From NCBI GenBank assembly GCA_000002435.2, contig CM018793.1: a stretch of DNA of 64,000 bases; one strand, written 5' to 3'. Both the position numbers and the translations under genes were made by a program. The notes beneath the pieces were generated by a model. The model worked only from the letters and a program-made list of their open reading frames with translations. It had not been told where the DNA came from and made no database searches. This document shows, piece after piece, positions 49,388-60,346 of the stretch. Source of the DNA: Giardia intestinalis (taxonomy: Eukaryota). Each line of letters starts with the position of its first letter. Position 1 is the first letter of the stretch.

Positions 49388-52249
49388 CTAGTGGTATGCT
49401 GACAGTAGGATTGATATCTTTGGATTATGTGAGCAGCTCGCAGCCAATCGTATGTCTTCTCGAGAGGGGTGATGTTCCAAGAGAAACATTACCACCTCCG
49501 TACTCCCCTTTGCAGCCGCATATGTTAAACAGGACCAACGCTCCACAACCCCGTTTCTTACTCGTTTGTGATAGATGCTTGATTCGAGCGGATAGAGAAG
49601 CGTCACAATATTGAGGAAATTGTGCTTGCACGCTAGCATGAGCGCAGTCAGCCCCTGAGCGGTCAGCTTGGATTCGCAAGTTGCCAGCTTAGCACAGCAG
49701 CGAAGGTTTCCTCTGCTGCTGGCAACCATGAGCGCTGTCCAGCCGTTGTGCATAGTCTCCCTCGATTCAGAATGTAAAAGAAGCTCGACAATGGCTGAGT
49801 GATTGAAGTATGCGGCAAGCATCAACGCAGTATAGCCGAAGAGCTGCTCGTGGCGCCCGGCCTCGTATCTGGAGAGAATCAGAGCGCATTCTGGAGCATT
49901 ACCGATAGACGCCATCATGAGGGCGGTCACGTTGATCAAGGTGTGCGCATTCCTGTTGCTAGGAAAGTCTTTTAACGTGTAGCATGCCTGTGGAATATTA
50001 TTCTCTAGAGTTGCTAGCTGCTCAACAAGAATGCTGTTATTCATTTGCACTGCTAGGTGCAATGCGGTATAGCGTTCACGATTGGCAGATGCACGGGTTG
50101 CCTCGTGGCTAAGCAGCCCTTTGACAGCTGCTGCTGCATTGTTCCTAACTGCTATCATCAAGGCAGTCTCTCCGCGTGCATCTACCATCAACTTCTCATC
50201 ATTGACAAGCAGCCTAACTAGTTCTACAATATCAGCCTTCGCAGCTATCATGAGCGCCGTGAGGCCATTCCTTTGAGAGATCTGTTTTTCCAGTGGTATA
50301 AGGAGCAGGATAATCTCGACGAAGGCTTGAAACAGAGATCTGAGCTTTCTAATTCTACACTCTACAACGCTGGCATCGTCTTTTATCCTGAGAGCATCTG
50401 GAAATGACACATGCTTTCCACTCAGGTTATCAAGCTGAATCACTGGTACCTTTATGCTCCCGTCAAGCTGGGTTCCGTACGTGCTCTGAGCCCGGTGCTT
50501 AGTAACTTCAGCAGGAAGCTTTTGGGCTGTGACTTGGGTTGTGCGCGGTCGCGCCATGGGAGATGTTTTAGAGCTTCCAGACCGCGAAGTCGCGCACCTT
50601 CCGCTCCTCTTTTTTGGAGAGGAGGATAGCATCGATGGTACGGTAATGCTAGGAGATATTTGCTGGCCTCCTCGTGAGCTGAAGCTGCTTTTTGGTGTTC
50701 CTACACGTGTACTAGCAGATAGAGCCGGCGTCTGTCTTGGATATCGTACCGATGTTATTGGGCGTCTAGACGAAGTGACACGTGGCCTAGAGTAGGCTGA
50801 TTCCTTTTCAGCTGTCTGTGCAAACAGGTCACCCCTACCGCAAGACTTGGTTAGGATACTAATAGACCGTGGAGATCGTGTGTTTCGTGGTGTCACAGAG
50901 CTGTGGGTCAGCGGCACTTCTGCCTCTACTATAAGGTGGCCGCTGTCAGTTGCCAAGCGATCTCTTTCTTGCAGCAGAAGCTTGATAGACTTATGAAGCG
51001 AGATTGCAGATATAACGGCCAAATGCATCGCAGTGACCCCATTCTTTGCCTGCCTCTTTGCTTGTCGTTGGATGTACTTCTCAACGAGTCGTCTCTCACC
51101 AAACGAAGCCGCTAACATCAGCTGCGTATACCCCCGCTCAGTAAGTATCTTCCCTTCAAATGGAATTAATAGCCTGGCTACTTCGCATGAACCCCGAAGA
51201 AGGGCCAGCTCCACTGCAGATTCTTTTGTGTCAGAATAGCTACCTGCTTCCTCATCAATCAGAAGTTTGGCGAGCTCCAAATTTCCATGTTTTATCGCCA
51301 ATTGTAAGGCTGTCTCTCCAGAAGTATTGCGTAATCGGCAAAGGTAGGCTAGTGACGAGCTAAGCGCTTTAGCTTCAAGGCCACTGCACTCCAGAGCGGC
51401 CTTGTGCAGCAAGGAATTTCCGGAGCAATCGGTCTTAACACCAATGATATCGTTGAGAATACTTTTGCCAAAGAGATATACTGAGCTTTTCTGAAGAGAG
51501 GAGGCCGTCAGCTTTGATAAATTGGAGGGGTGATTGAGCCTATTGACGAAATCGATGAACTGCTTTGAAAATCTTCTACTATACTTAGAGACAAACGGGA
51601 TAGTGAAGCATTGTACAGTTTTCATGTACTCAGAAAAATACTGTTTTGGTGGCGCCTGCACGGCTGGCACTTCAACTGTGACGAATAAGTAAAGAGTCTT
51701 CCCTAGTGCTGCCACAAAGTCGCTGGCCCAGGAGCTTTCAGTTGAGTAGGATGCGAGCCTCCTAGATGAGAGCATATGCACCAAATCACACTTTAGAAGA
51801 CCGTGGTCATCAAACCAGAAGCATGACGGATCAAGGTGGGGACGCATCTTGGCTGTGGTCGCAATCTTTACCAGATCCGGTCGGCACAGCTCTACGAAGC
51901 AATCGATCAACTGAGCACATATGACACTTAGCTCTCTTTCGCTATATATTGTGTAGGCCGCTACCGCTTCAAAATAGAGACTGGCCAATGATGTCAAGGG
52001 TGTTCCCCGGGAGAGCGTCAGGAGTGTGTCTGCACTGTCATCATAACTTACATATAGAACACGCCAAAACGAGAAGGAGGGTATCATTGGAAGAAGCCGA
52101 AAAAGGCTAAGAATGGCTTGCTTCTGTGCAGGCGCCACACTGCCGAGACTGATCTCCTGACTGACAAATATCGCGCCGTCCTTGTCTCGACGCAAAATGG
52201 CCCGTTTCGGACCGAGAACTGCTGTTGTCGTGAAGACATAGTCCTCCAT
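49388..52249 (-). CDS. protein 21.1-type ankyrin-repeat protein with a degenerate N-terminal kinase-like domain
   Basis: The C-terminal 600 aa are ankyrin units. The N-terminal 250 aa have a kinase-like but motif-less fold (PDLVK in the HRD position). The ORF-track start (52306) is a TTG. The ATG at 52247..52249 is preceded by ccaaaaatgtg. Confidence 0.7.
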   Translation of the reverse strand: MEDYVFTTTAVLGPKRAILRRDKDGAIFVSQEISLGSVAPAQKQAILSLFRLLPMIPSFSFWRVLYVSYDDSADTLLTLSRGTPLTSLASLYFEAVAAYTIYSERELSVICAQLIDCFVELCRPDLVKIATTAKMRPHLDPSCFWFDDHGLLKCDLVHMLSSRRLASYSTESSWASDFVAALGKTLYLFVTVEVPAVQAPPKQYFSEYMKTVQCFTIPFVSKYSRRFSKQFIDFVNRLNHPSNLSKLTASSLQKSSVYLFGKSILNDIIGVKTDCSGNSLLHKAALECSGLEAKALSSSLAYLCRLRNTSGETALQLAIKHGNLELAKLLIDEEAGSYSDTKESAVELALLRGSCEVARLLIPFEGKILTERGYTQLMLAASFGERRLVEKYIQRQAKRQAKNGVTAMHLAVISAISLHKSIKLLLQERDRLATDSGHLIVEAEVPLTHSSVTPRNTRSPRSISILTKSCGRGDLFAQTAEKESAYSRPRVTSSRRPITSVRYPRQTPALSASTRVGTPKSSFSSRGGQQISPSITVPSMLSSSPKKRSGRCATSRSGSSKTSPMARPRTTQVTAQKLPAEVTKHRAQSTYGTQLDGSIKVPVIQLDNLSGKHVSFPDALRIKDDASVVECRIRKLRSLFQAFVEIILLLIPLEKQISQRNGLTALMIAAKADIVELVRLLVNDEKLMVDARGETALMIAVRNNAAAAVKGLLSHEATRASANRERYTALHLAVQMNNSILVEQLATLENNIPQACYTLKDFPSNRNAHTLINVTALMMASIGNAPECALILSRYEAGRHEQLFGYTALMLAAYFNHSAIVELLLHSESRETMHNGWTALMVASSRGNLRCCAKLATCESKLTAQGLTALMLACKHNFLNIVTLLYPLESSIYHKRVRNGVVERWSCLTYAAAKGSTEVVMFLLEHHPSREDIRLAASCSHNPKISILLSAYH

Positions 52250-52280
52250 CACATTTTTGGCATAGCTCAACACCGGTTGT

Positions 52281-55250
52281 TTACTTACGCTTCTCCTGAA
52301 GCTCAATGTAAAGCCTCATCTCGCGGCGAAGCGTATCTGTCTTCGCAAATGCATCTGCTGTTAGGCCGTTGGAGTGCATTATGTGCCATTCCAGAGGAAG
52401 AAGCATCCGAACACACTGCTCCCAGCCACACTGTGCCGCACACATCAGCGCTGTGTACCCACTTGTTTTTGACATCCCGGCTTCGTGGGCCATAAGAAGC
52501 TTTACACACTCAACCCGATTTCTCTGCACAGCGCTCATCAAGGCCGTCCATCCATCTGTTCGATTTAATCTTGCCTCTTTCTTCATCAGGATCTTAACGC
52601 ATTCGCTGTGACCCTCTTGGGCGGCCATCATTAGCGCAGTGAAGCCATTTTCCTTTTGCCTTCGAGACTCGTAATTCACCAAAAGAGAGACTGCCGCGAC
52701 ATTTCCAGCCTCTGCAGCAAGCATCAGAGCAGTAGCGCCCGACGATTCTGTCGATGATCCTAGTACAATCCCGTTTTCCCACACCAGAAGCGCCTTAATA
52801 ATCTGTGTGTACCCCAGGTAAGAAGCCATCATAAGTGCAGTCCACCCTCGTGCATCCTGCATCCGTGCTTCTAGCTGAAGGAGGGGAAACACACAATTTA
52901 AGTGGTTCTTCCTGCATGCGAACATGAGCGCAGTCCTACCTTTCAGGTGGTTGTCGGACGTCATTTGACACCGTGCCAAAACCATTCGAAGCAGTTGCAC
53001 TACCTCTGCATTACCTAATTCTGCCGCATACATCAAGGCTGTCTTTCCATCCTGTGCACTTCCACTCAGAAGTTCTAGTGATAGCTTTCTTTGCAGCACG
53101 TCTCCTACTTTAATGGCTTGCCTGTATTGATGAATGAAGTAATTAACTATGGAGATGTCACCTAGCATGCTTGCTTTGATTACTGGGTTAGGCGATGGCT
53201 TTACACTGTTTGCGATTGCCTCATATCTAGAAAGAATTTCTGCTATGACTGTGTGGCCGTGTGCAACTGCTACTTCATATGCACTCGTGCCGTCCCTGAG
53301 AATAAGACCGGCTTCTGTCTCTAGTAGCACACGCGCCATTAGAATACAGTTAGACTCAGCACAGAACATCAGTGCCGTCTTCCCCTCTGCTGTCCGTGCC
53401 CCGGCTTGAAAACGTAGGCACCAAGCCCGTGCAATGTCATTGGCTGCACACGCTTGCATGAGACCTGTTGAGTTCGTCCGAAATATGAGATTTAGTTCAC
53501 TGGAACTTAATCCTCGAGAGCCACGAAGCCCTGATGCGCAGGCTCTGAAGGTAGATAGTTCCTGCGACGGCGTGAACCGGGAAATTGTCAGAGGTAGAGA
53601 CATATCGATGGACGAACTGAGAATGTCGAGAGGCGACCTAAGGTCTTCTTGTACAGAAACCGAAGAGGATAAAGATGCATCTATGCTATCGTCGAGTGTA
53701 GAGGATGCCCGACTGACAGAGAGGGGGCTCACTATTACCGAGATTGTCGGCGTTTTAGATCCTGGAACCGCCCGTCCTCCCACAAACGTTGCGTTGATTG
53801 TGGATTTCTGAAACGCCCCATGCTTCCCATCCATCCAGTCATTGTATATATCTTGTATTTTGTTGTATTCAGGACATTCGTAATACGCTATCATATCTGC
53901 CCCATCATCGTTTCCGGCTGCAATGGCCAATTGAAGAGCTGTGGCGCCATTTATTTCACGTCCGTTCTCAAAGGGGAGTAGATATAAGATGAACTCATTT
54001 CTGCCCAACTCTGCAGCATACATCAGGGCGGTCTTCCCATGCTCATCCACGTGTCCTGCGTATGAGAAGTTAGCGATAAGAAGCTCCTTATCATTTGCTA
54101 TAACTGCTTCTATTAGTGGCGTGGTAGAGTTGCCCTCCAGCTGAGTTGCAACAACAAACGAGTCTGCTGCAGATACTGGCACAGATGAGCCGTCAACATC
54201 TGTGCAGGCCAGCTCCACGGTCCGTGTCGATATGCGAGACTTCAGTGGAAGTATCCGACTCAGGTTAGTTGAAAGGGTCGACCGAGGGGACATGGTGGAG
54301 GTAGCTGAGTAAATAGAGGCCCGTCCACTGTCTCTATCGCGCAGATGAGCGACAGAGCTTCTATCCCTGAGGGCCCGCATTCTGCTGTGATTAAGAAGAG
54401 TATCGTAGTCAGGCCGCAAAGATGGGTTCTGAGTGAGCATCTGATTGAGGAAATCATTCAACACATCCGAGTAACCGTACAACTTGCGGATGGGGAGAAT
54501 AGCACTCAGCATACTCTCTGAGCTGGCGGCGTCAAGTGTGTCGGAAACGAGTGCCTTCATAGTGCACATTTCGTAGAGAATGCAGCCCAAAGACCAAATA
54601 TCTGATGTTTCGTGGGCTTTCTTATCTTTTAGAATCTCTGGTGCCATATAGGCTGTTGTATAAAGGTGGTCCGCATCTCTCTTGTGCGCTTTCAGCCCAA
54701 TTTTGGTTGAACTGAGTGTCAATCGCAAGTCGGGGCTAAATGAACAGTCACACAGTTGGACCATCGAAAGGTTTTCGTCAAGGAAAAGGATATTTGTTGG
54801 CTTCAGGTTGCAATGAAGAGGCTTCAGACTGGGGGCGTCGTCTTCACGAAGTGGATAAGAGGCTAAGTCCTTCAAGATCGTTAGTAGGGAGTATGCAGTA
54901 CTCCACACCACGTCTTCTGTAAAGTATGTCTGATCTGTTTTTGCTGATTCAATTGCTGCTTGCAACGTTTTAGCCCCCAGAAAGGGGAGTACGATATACA
55001 ACACGAGAGAGTCATGGTCAACAAATGTATAGCACGGTTGCAGAATGGAGTCTATTTGCACCTGAGCTTGTAGATCTGCTTCCCTCCTGAGGAGAGAGAT
55101 GCACTGCCGAGGAATTGCATCAAGCAAATATTCCTTGATAATGTGCGTCTCTTCTGTCGCCTTGTGTCTGCACTTGAAGACAGTAGCATATGGCCCATGT
55201 CCAATGATACCCAGGATGTCGTATGCCTCCAATATTCGGGGGCTTTTCAT
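52281..55250 (-). CDS. NEK-family kinase (likely pseudokinase) fused to a long ankyrin-repeat region
   Basis: N-terminal GHGPYATVFK, IIKEY, LHCNLKPTNILF (HRD replaced by HCN), CDCSF (DFG position), YMAPE, DIWSLGCILYEM, then more than 15 ankyrin units. The ORF-track start is a TTG. The ATG is at 55248..55250. Confidence 0.8.
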   Translation of the reverse strand: MKSPRILEAYDILGIIGHGPYATVFKCRHKATEETHIIKEYLLDAIPRQCISLLRREADLQAQVQIDSILQPCYTFVDHDSLVLYIVLPFLGAKTLQAAIESAKTDQTYFTEDVVWSTAYSLLTILKDLASYPLREDDAPSLKPLHCNLKPTNILFLDENLSMVQLCDCSFSPDLRLTLSSTKIGLKAHKRDADHLYTTAYMAPEILKDKKAHETSDIWSLGCILYEMCTMKALVSDTLDAASSESMLSAILPIRKLYGYSDVLNDFLNQMLTQNPSLRPDYDTLLNHSRMRALRDRSSVAHLRDRDSGRASIYSATSTMSPRSTLSTNLSRILPLKSRISTRTVELACTDVDGSSVPVSAADSFVVATQLEGNSTTPLIEAVIANDKELLIANFSYAGHVDEHGKTALMYAAELGRNEFILYLLPFENGREINGATALQLAIAAGNDDGADMIAYYECPEYNKIQDIYNDWMDGKHGAFQKSTINATFVGGRAVPGSKTPTISVIVSPLSVSRASSTLDDSIDASLSSSVSVQEDLRSPLDILSSSIDMSLPLTISRFTPSQELSTFRACASGLRGSRGLSSSELNLIFRTNSTGLMQACAANDIARAWCLRFQAGARTAEGKTALMFCAESNCILMARVLLETEAGLILRDGTSAYEVAVAHGHTVIAEILSRYEAIANSVKPSPNPVIKASMLGDISIVNYFIHQYRQAIKVGDVLQRKLSLELLSGSAQDGKTALMYAAELGNAEVVQLLRMVLARCQMTSDNHLKGRTALMFACRKNHLNCVFPLLQLEARMQDARGWTALMMASYLGYTQIIKALLVWENGIVLGSSTESSGATALMLAAEAGNVAAVSLLVNYESRRQKENGFTALMMAAQEGHSECVKILMKKEARLNRTDGWTALMSAVQRNRVECVKLLMAHEAGMSKTSGYTALMCAAQCGWEQCVRMLLPLEWHIMHSNGLTADAFAKTDTLRREMRLYIELQEKRK

Positions 55251-55593
55251 CAAATGGAATGGTTTTTAGGAATTCCGTGATGTGTCTTTGAAGAGTACAG
55301 ATTCCGAATAAGGAGATGCAGCCTCACACTTTACAGTGCTCATTCCTAATATCCAGATATGGTCCTGTCGAGACAGGGAATCAGTGTTCTGACAACAGCT
55401 TCTGCACCATGGCTGTGGGCAACTTAGGCAACAAATCACCAACTTAGTGCATTCTTTTCACCTAGTACTCTCTATATGTACATGTGAAGTACATATATAA
55501 ATTTACAGAGGATTTGATAAAGGAAGAGATAGATATAAACAAGCAATACATCCTGCTCTTCACAAGCGGGCAGATGTACTAAGTAAGGCAAAG

Positions 55594-57825
55594 ATGCATT
55601 GCCGCAACTTTGAGGCGCCAAATCCGCGTAATGACAAGCCAAAAAATAATTACCTAGAAATGGCGCAGTTACCCTTTGGCTCCGCGCAGGAGTGGTTCGA
55701 TGCCGTAAAGAGACGCGACTATGACGGCGTAGTATTCAACCTTCCTGTGTACCAAACAACTACGGACAGTAACGGGGAAACGGCTCTAATGTATGCAGTG
55801 AGGAATATGGATGCAGAAATGACCCTTCTTCTTGGTCCGTTAGAATGCGGTGCAGTCAACAACATAGGCTACTCCGCTCTCATGCTGGCTGCCGAGCGAA
55901 ACTTTATGCCTGGAGTAGAGTCGCTTCTATATTATGAGAAGGATTTGCGCCTTCCAGATGGAAGAAATGCCCTCATTCTTGCTGCACAGCACAATGCTTT
56001 AGATGCGATTCATCTTCTCCGCCAAGAGCTCTGGGGGCAGACTGATTTAAAGGGACGTTCTGCATTAACTTACGCTGCTGCAAATGGATACATTGACTCC
56101 GTTAAGCTATTAGTCCAGAATACGTACAAGGAACTTGCACCAGATATCGATCAAGCAATTGTCCACGCGTCATCCAGGCGCCACGACGGCGTGGTTCAAT
56201 ATCTTAGCAAATTCAGCAAAGCGCTACAGCTCCGCTCTAGTGTTGCGAGCACAATGAATCAATCACCAACTGCGGCAGACTTCGGATATAGCAGCGGCAC
56301 TAGCCTTCTAAATTCCACTCTTCGTGATGGGGGTAGTTCGCCTCTCCAGTCATCAAAGGCCTTCAGTCCTGCAAGTACCGGTTTGACTAATACCTTTAGT
56401 GGGGGCGCGTCCATAAAGAACACACAGCTGACTAAGCAGTTTCAATCTAGTACAAAGTATGATGGACTCCTTTCATCTGAGACTATCCAGCCGTTAGAGA
56501 TACAAAATCGTCAGGCTCCTTCCCACAGCGCAACATCACTTCGTGCTCGAAACAGCAACAAGCCGCTGTCTATGGTGGAAGATAATACGATAAGGCTGCC
56601 TCAGCCAGTGCATGCGCCATCCCATCAGGCGACGACTGTTAACCCTGCTTATTTGTACAACGAAATAGATGTAACGGATCTTATGACGGCATCCTCGCCT
56701 TCAGCGCTGCCATCTCATGAAGCCACAGGGACAGCTGACAAGTCTGCAGACATCTCCAGTATCGTCAAGGGGACCTCTACCATCGCGTTAACTGGGGCTT
56801 CAAAGAAGGAAAATAGAAGTGACTGGTCTCCTTTGATGACCGCTGCAGACTCGAATCAGCTTAAGCTTGTCCAGCAGTTGATCCCGCTTCACGCAGGCAA
56901 AGAGACGAAGGATGGATTAACTGCCCTTATGATAGCAGCAAAGAAGAACCACTCGCAGATAGTTTCTGCACTGGTAGGACGGGAGGGCGGTATGAAAATG
57001 ACAAACACCTTGATAACAGCGCTAATGTTTGCTGCACAGCACAACTCCCTTGCAAGCATTAAACCTCTTGCAACGAGAGAGAGTGGAATGCGGGACTCAA
57101 ATGGAAGAACTGCTATGATGTTTGCTGCTCAGAACGGTCACGCTAAGGTAGTCCAGCAGCTGCTCAAGTTGGAGGGGAAGCTTTGCGATCAACGAGGGTG
57201 GACAGCCATGATGTATGCCGCGCAAAATGGACACCTTTCTGTTGTTAAGCTTCTTGCCAAGAGTGAGATGGGAGTTCAAGAAAATGATGGAGGGACTGCT
57301 CTTATGCTGGCTGCTGAAGAGGGCCATGCTGATATAATTCCACTTTTGGTAAAGACTGAGGGTACCCTCCGTGACAAATCTGGAGCAACGGCCTTGATGG
57401 TGGCAGCCTCTGGAGGCCATGTGGCCATCGTCAAGAGCCTTCTCCAGGCTGAGGGTGGCATGAAGAATAATGAGGGCTACACAGCTTTAATGGGATCTGC
57501 GTATAGTGGGCACTTAGGGTGCGTCCAAGCCCTCATCCCTCGCGAGGCAGGATTGACAATGGACGACGGTTGGACGGCTCTCATGTCTGCAGCACAGAAT
57601 GGACACCTAACAGTGGTAGAGCAGCTCTTGGAGCGCGAAGCTGGTAGGCAGACAAATACAGGGTGGACCGCGTTAATGTCTGCAGCACACGCAGGCTATG
57701 CCTCCATTTGTAGGATTCTTGGGCCCATGGAGAATGGATTCCGAGATAATCACGGGAAGTCGGCATTAAACTATGCCAGTGAAGGGGGTCACGCAGACGT
57801 GGTGGCAATCCTTCGCAAGATGTAG
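55594..57825 (+). CDS. ankyrin-repeat protein (protein 21.1 family, 743 aa)
   Basis: Ankyrin units in both the N- and C-terminal thirds flank a Ser/Thr-rich linker. ATG at 55594. An alternative ATG lies at 55660. Confidence 0.75.
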   Translation: MHCRNFEAPNPRNDKPKNNYLEMAQLPFGSAQEWFDAVKRRDYDGVVFNLPVYQTTTDSNGETALMYAVRNMDAEMTLLLGPLECGAVNNIGYSALMLAAERNFMPGVESLLYYEKDLRLPDGRNALILAAQHNALDAIHLLRQELWGQTDLKGRSALTYAAANGYIDSVKLLVQNTYKELAPDIDQAIVHASSRRHDGVVQYLSKFSKALQLRSSVASTMNQSPTAADFGYSSGTSLLNSTLRDGGSSPLQSSKAFSPASTGLTNTFSGGASIKNTQLTKQFQSSTKYDGLLSSETIQPLEIQNRQAPSHSATSLRARNSNKPLSMVEDNTIRLPQPVHAPSHQATTVNPAYLYNEIDVTDLMTASSPSALPSHEATGTADKSADISSIVKGTSTIALTGASKKENRSDWSPLMTAADSNQLKLVQQLIPLHAGKETKDGLTALMIAAKKNHSQIVSALVGREGGMKMTNTLITALMFAAQHNSLASIKPLATRESGMRDSNGRTAMMFAAQNGHAKVVQQLLKLEGKLCDQRGWTAMMYAAQNGHLSVVKLLAKSEMGVQENDGGTALMLAAEEGHADIIPLLVKTEGTLRDKSGATALMVAASGGHVAIVKSLLQAEGGMKNNEGYTALMGSAYSGHLGCVQALIPREAGLTMDDGWTALMSAAQNGHLTVVEQLLEREAGRQTNTGWTALMSAAHAGYASICRILGPMENGFRDNHGKSALNYASEGGHADVVAILRKM

Positions 57826-57850
57826 AACCCGTGCTCTCGTAAACCTTAGA

Positions 57851-60271
57851 TTATGATCTTGTCATGAGTCGCCTTATGCTTTGCTTTAGCGCAGCACTGG
57901 CGTCCTTACATGTCGCAAGGGAAGCTGCTATAGACGTGATGTCCGGGGTAAGGGCGTCCACATCAGCAAGCCTATCTATCAGTTTGGTAAGGGCTGCTTT
58001 GATGGACGAGTGAATCCTCCAAGTAGACTCCAGCGGAGAGCGAGAGGAAGAAGAACTCCTTTTTGGAGTCCTCGCACTCTGCGTTCTGGAATAGCCGCCT
58101 TCAAAGTCCTTTTTGAGTTGGTCTAACGCATGCTTTATCTTTCTATTTGTATAAAGGCATACTTTGACCTCGGTTTGCGACATGAAACTTTTCTGAACAC
58201 ACTCTGCGTTGCGAAAAACTTTCTTCATGGAGGTTGAGACATAGTCACGGAGCTCTGCCAGAGCAGGTTGAATTTCAGTGGCTGAAGTAACCATTGACGA
58301 GTGCTCGCACGTGACGAGTGGTGATTTTTTGTTGTTGGAAGACGGAGTCTCCGATGTCTTATCGAAAGGGAGGATACTAGAGAGGGATGAGATTTTCTTT
58401 ACTGCCAGAGCAGAGTGCCTCTTGTGGCCTTCTATTTCTTCGGTCAGGAAACGCACTACAATTCTATCGGGGTGCTTTGGATCAACATCATTGTAGAGCA
58501 GCTCACTACAATTCCTTTTATCAAAAGCATGGTACACCCTAATAAGCTGCTGATAAATGTCAAGCTCGTGTTTGATTGCTTGAATAAAAGGCATGACGAT
58601 CGGAGGAAAGAGGTCGGAAAGCTCTTCTTTAGTCTCTTCTACTCTTCTGCAGAGAACACTCCTTGCGCGACAAGGAAGACCGGTAAAGTCACGTAGCTTT
58701 TTGTGCACAGCGTGAGTTACTGTCTCATTAGATTTAGGACGATTATAGAAAGTGCAGGATAGACCTGCAGGGTCACAAAGGCCCCGGCCAGTTGTATTCA
58801 TTGGTGATGTAAAGGAAAGGAACTGCTCCCAGAAAGAGACTGCATTACTGATGATGGCTAACTTCTGTTGCATATTGCTACGTCCTATCATAAACAAGCG
58901 CTCACTAAGGTGTTCTGTCTCTTGACGTATCTTCTTTAACTCTTCTCCAGCTATGATAAAGCTTCTAGTTGCCTCGATATACTCAGAAGACAAATTGCCT
59001 CCTGGACAAACACGAGCTGAATTCCCCTGACTCAAGTGAGAAGTAGAGCTTTCACAAAGGACTCCTGACAATCCTGATAAGGATGTAGCGGATGGTGTGC
59101 AGGCATTGTTTGGTTCTAAGATGGCAGAGAGAGATAGCTGATCATTGTTGTTCGATTGTCCAGGTGAGTGGAGAGACTTGAGGACGTGGAGTGCAACGGG
59201 AGGAGCGGACGAAATATCTGCATCTGCGGAGGAAGCTTGGCAAAGAGGAAGGTGAACAGGACTTTCGGATCGACTTACGCACTTACTACCGATGTCGAGA
59301 TCCAATTCAACATATGCGTTGTAAAGGTGCAAGTCCAAGAGGGCCTCGTCGGGGAGTTTCCCACCTATCTGTCTCCAGACATTCGCCTGGAGGATAGCCT
59401 TTGGAGAATGCAGCCTTGGAGTGTGTTGGGGAAACCTTACTGGTCGGTGCTGAACTCCAGAAACCCACGAAAGTTGCACAATCGTGCCATCGTTACAATT
59501 GCTTTCTGTAAGAAGCTGGACCTCGGGGTCGAGGTCTTCTACTGTCGAAACGTCCACCTTCATGCCCTGGCTCAATGCATTTTCGATGTAGCAAAATGTT
59601 GGGATGGTGCTAGTGACAATCTGTGCAAAGTAATCCTGCATGTTGCACCAGTGGGTGATCGCTTCGTCTACCTGACGTGAGTCTGTGCCTAAGTCTCCTA
59701 ATTCTGATAGTGCAGCAATGGAGTCGAAGTAGTGTGCGCTTTCGAATTGTCCGGGAGGCTCAACCAAATATATGCGGATCGCTGCAGTGGGTAAAACTAC
59801 GATGAGGCGGATAATAATGGTCGAAGTAGTGGCCTCTGCAGAGTAGGTATGGTGTGCGTACCCAATCAAGGACTTTATTGCCGGCAAGGAGACAACATGA
59901 TAAGCTTCACAATCAAGCAGGGTTGTCTCAGCTCCGGTGAAAAGACAGATCGCGCGATTGCCTTGACTGACAGAGAGGATGGATATTCCCATATCATATC
60001 TTCCTGCATATATGTCGTCCAGTCGCTTGAGCAGAGACCCCAAAAGCCGGAATATTAGAGCATCTTCTGTAAAACACATGCGCTGAAGCACCACTGGGAT
60101 GCCTCGGCGGCCTCCCTTATAGAATAGGAGAGAGGAGTCATGAAGCTGTTCAACAGCCTCCCAGATCCGCTCGAGGAGCTCTTTTAACAGCGCATACTGG
60201 CTAGATGTGACAAAGGTCAATCCACCCTGGGTGTCCTCCGATCCCAGAAGCGCGAACGTCTCGATCAGCAT
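57851..60271 (-). CDS. hypothetical protein (806 aa)
   Basis: Long ORF with ATG at 60269..60271. No recognisable domain. Confidence 0.5.
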   Translation of the reverse strand: MLIETFALLGSEDTQGGLTFVTSSQYALLKELLERIWEAVEQLHDSSLLFYKGGRRGIPVVLQRMCFTEDALIFRLLGSLLKRLDDIYAGRYDMGISILSVSQGNRAICLFTGAETTLLDCEAYHVVSLPAIKSLIGYAHHTYSAEATTSTIIIRLIVVLPTAAIRIYLVEPPGQFESAHYFDSIAALSELGDLGTDSRQVDEAITHWCNMQDYFAQIVTSTIPTFCYIENALSQGMKVDVSTVEDLDPEVQLLTESNCNDGTIVQLSWVSGVQHRPVRFPQHTPRLHSPKAILQANVWRQIGGKLPDEALLDLHLYNAYVELDLDIGSKCVSRSESPVHLPLCQASSADADISSAPPVALHVLKSLHSPGQSNNNDQLSLSAILEPNNACTPSATSLSGLSGVLCESSTSHLSQGNSARVCPGGNLSSEYIEATRSFIIAGEELKKIRQETEHLSERLFMIGRSNMQQKLAIISNAVSFWEQFLSFTSPMNTTGRGLCDPAGLSCTFYNRPKSNETVTHAVHKKLRDFTGLPCRARSVLCRRVEETKEELSDLFPPIVMPFIQAIKHELDIYQQLIRVYHAFDKRNCSELLYNDVDPKHPDRIVVRFLTEEIEGHKRHSALAVKKISSLSSILPFDKTSETPSSNNKKSPLVTCEHSSMVTSATEIQPALAELRDYVSTSMKKVFRNAECVQKSFMSQTEVKVCLYTNRKIKHALDQLKKDFEGGYSRTQSARTPKRSSSSSRSPLESTWRIHSSIKAALTKLIDRLADVDALTPDITSIAASLATCKDASAALKQSIRRLMTRS

Positions 60272-60346
60272 GCCTCAGTGCAAACAAAACAAATCTTAAA
60301 GAGTTCACTCAGGGAAGGGCCAACACAAGTAGTGCATGGACAGCAC

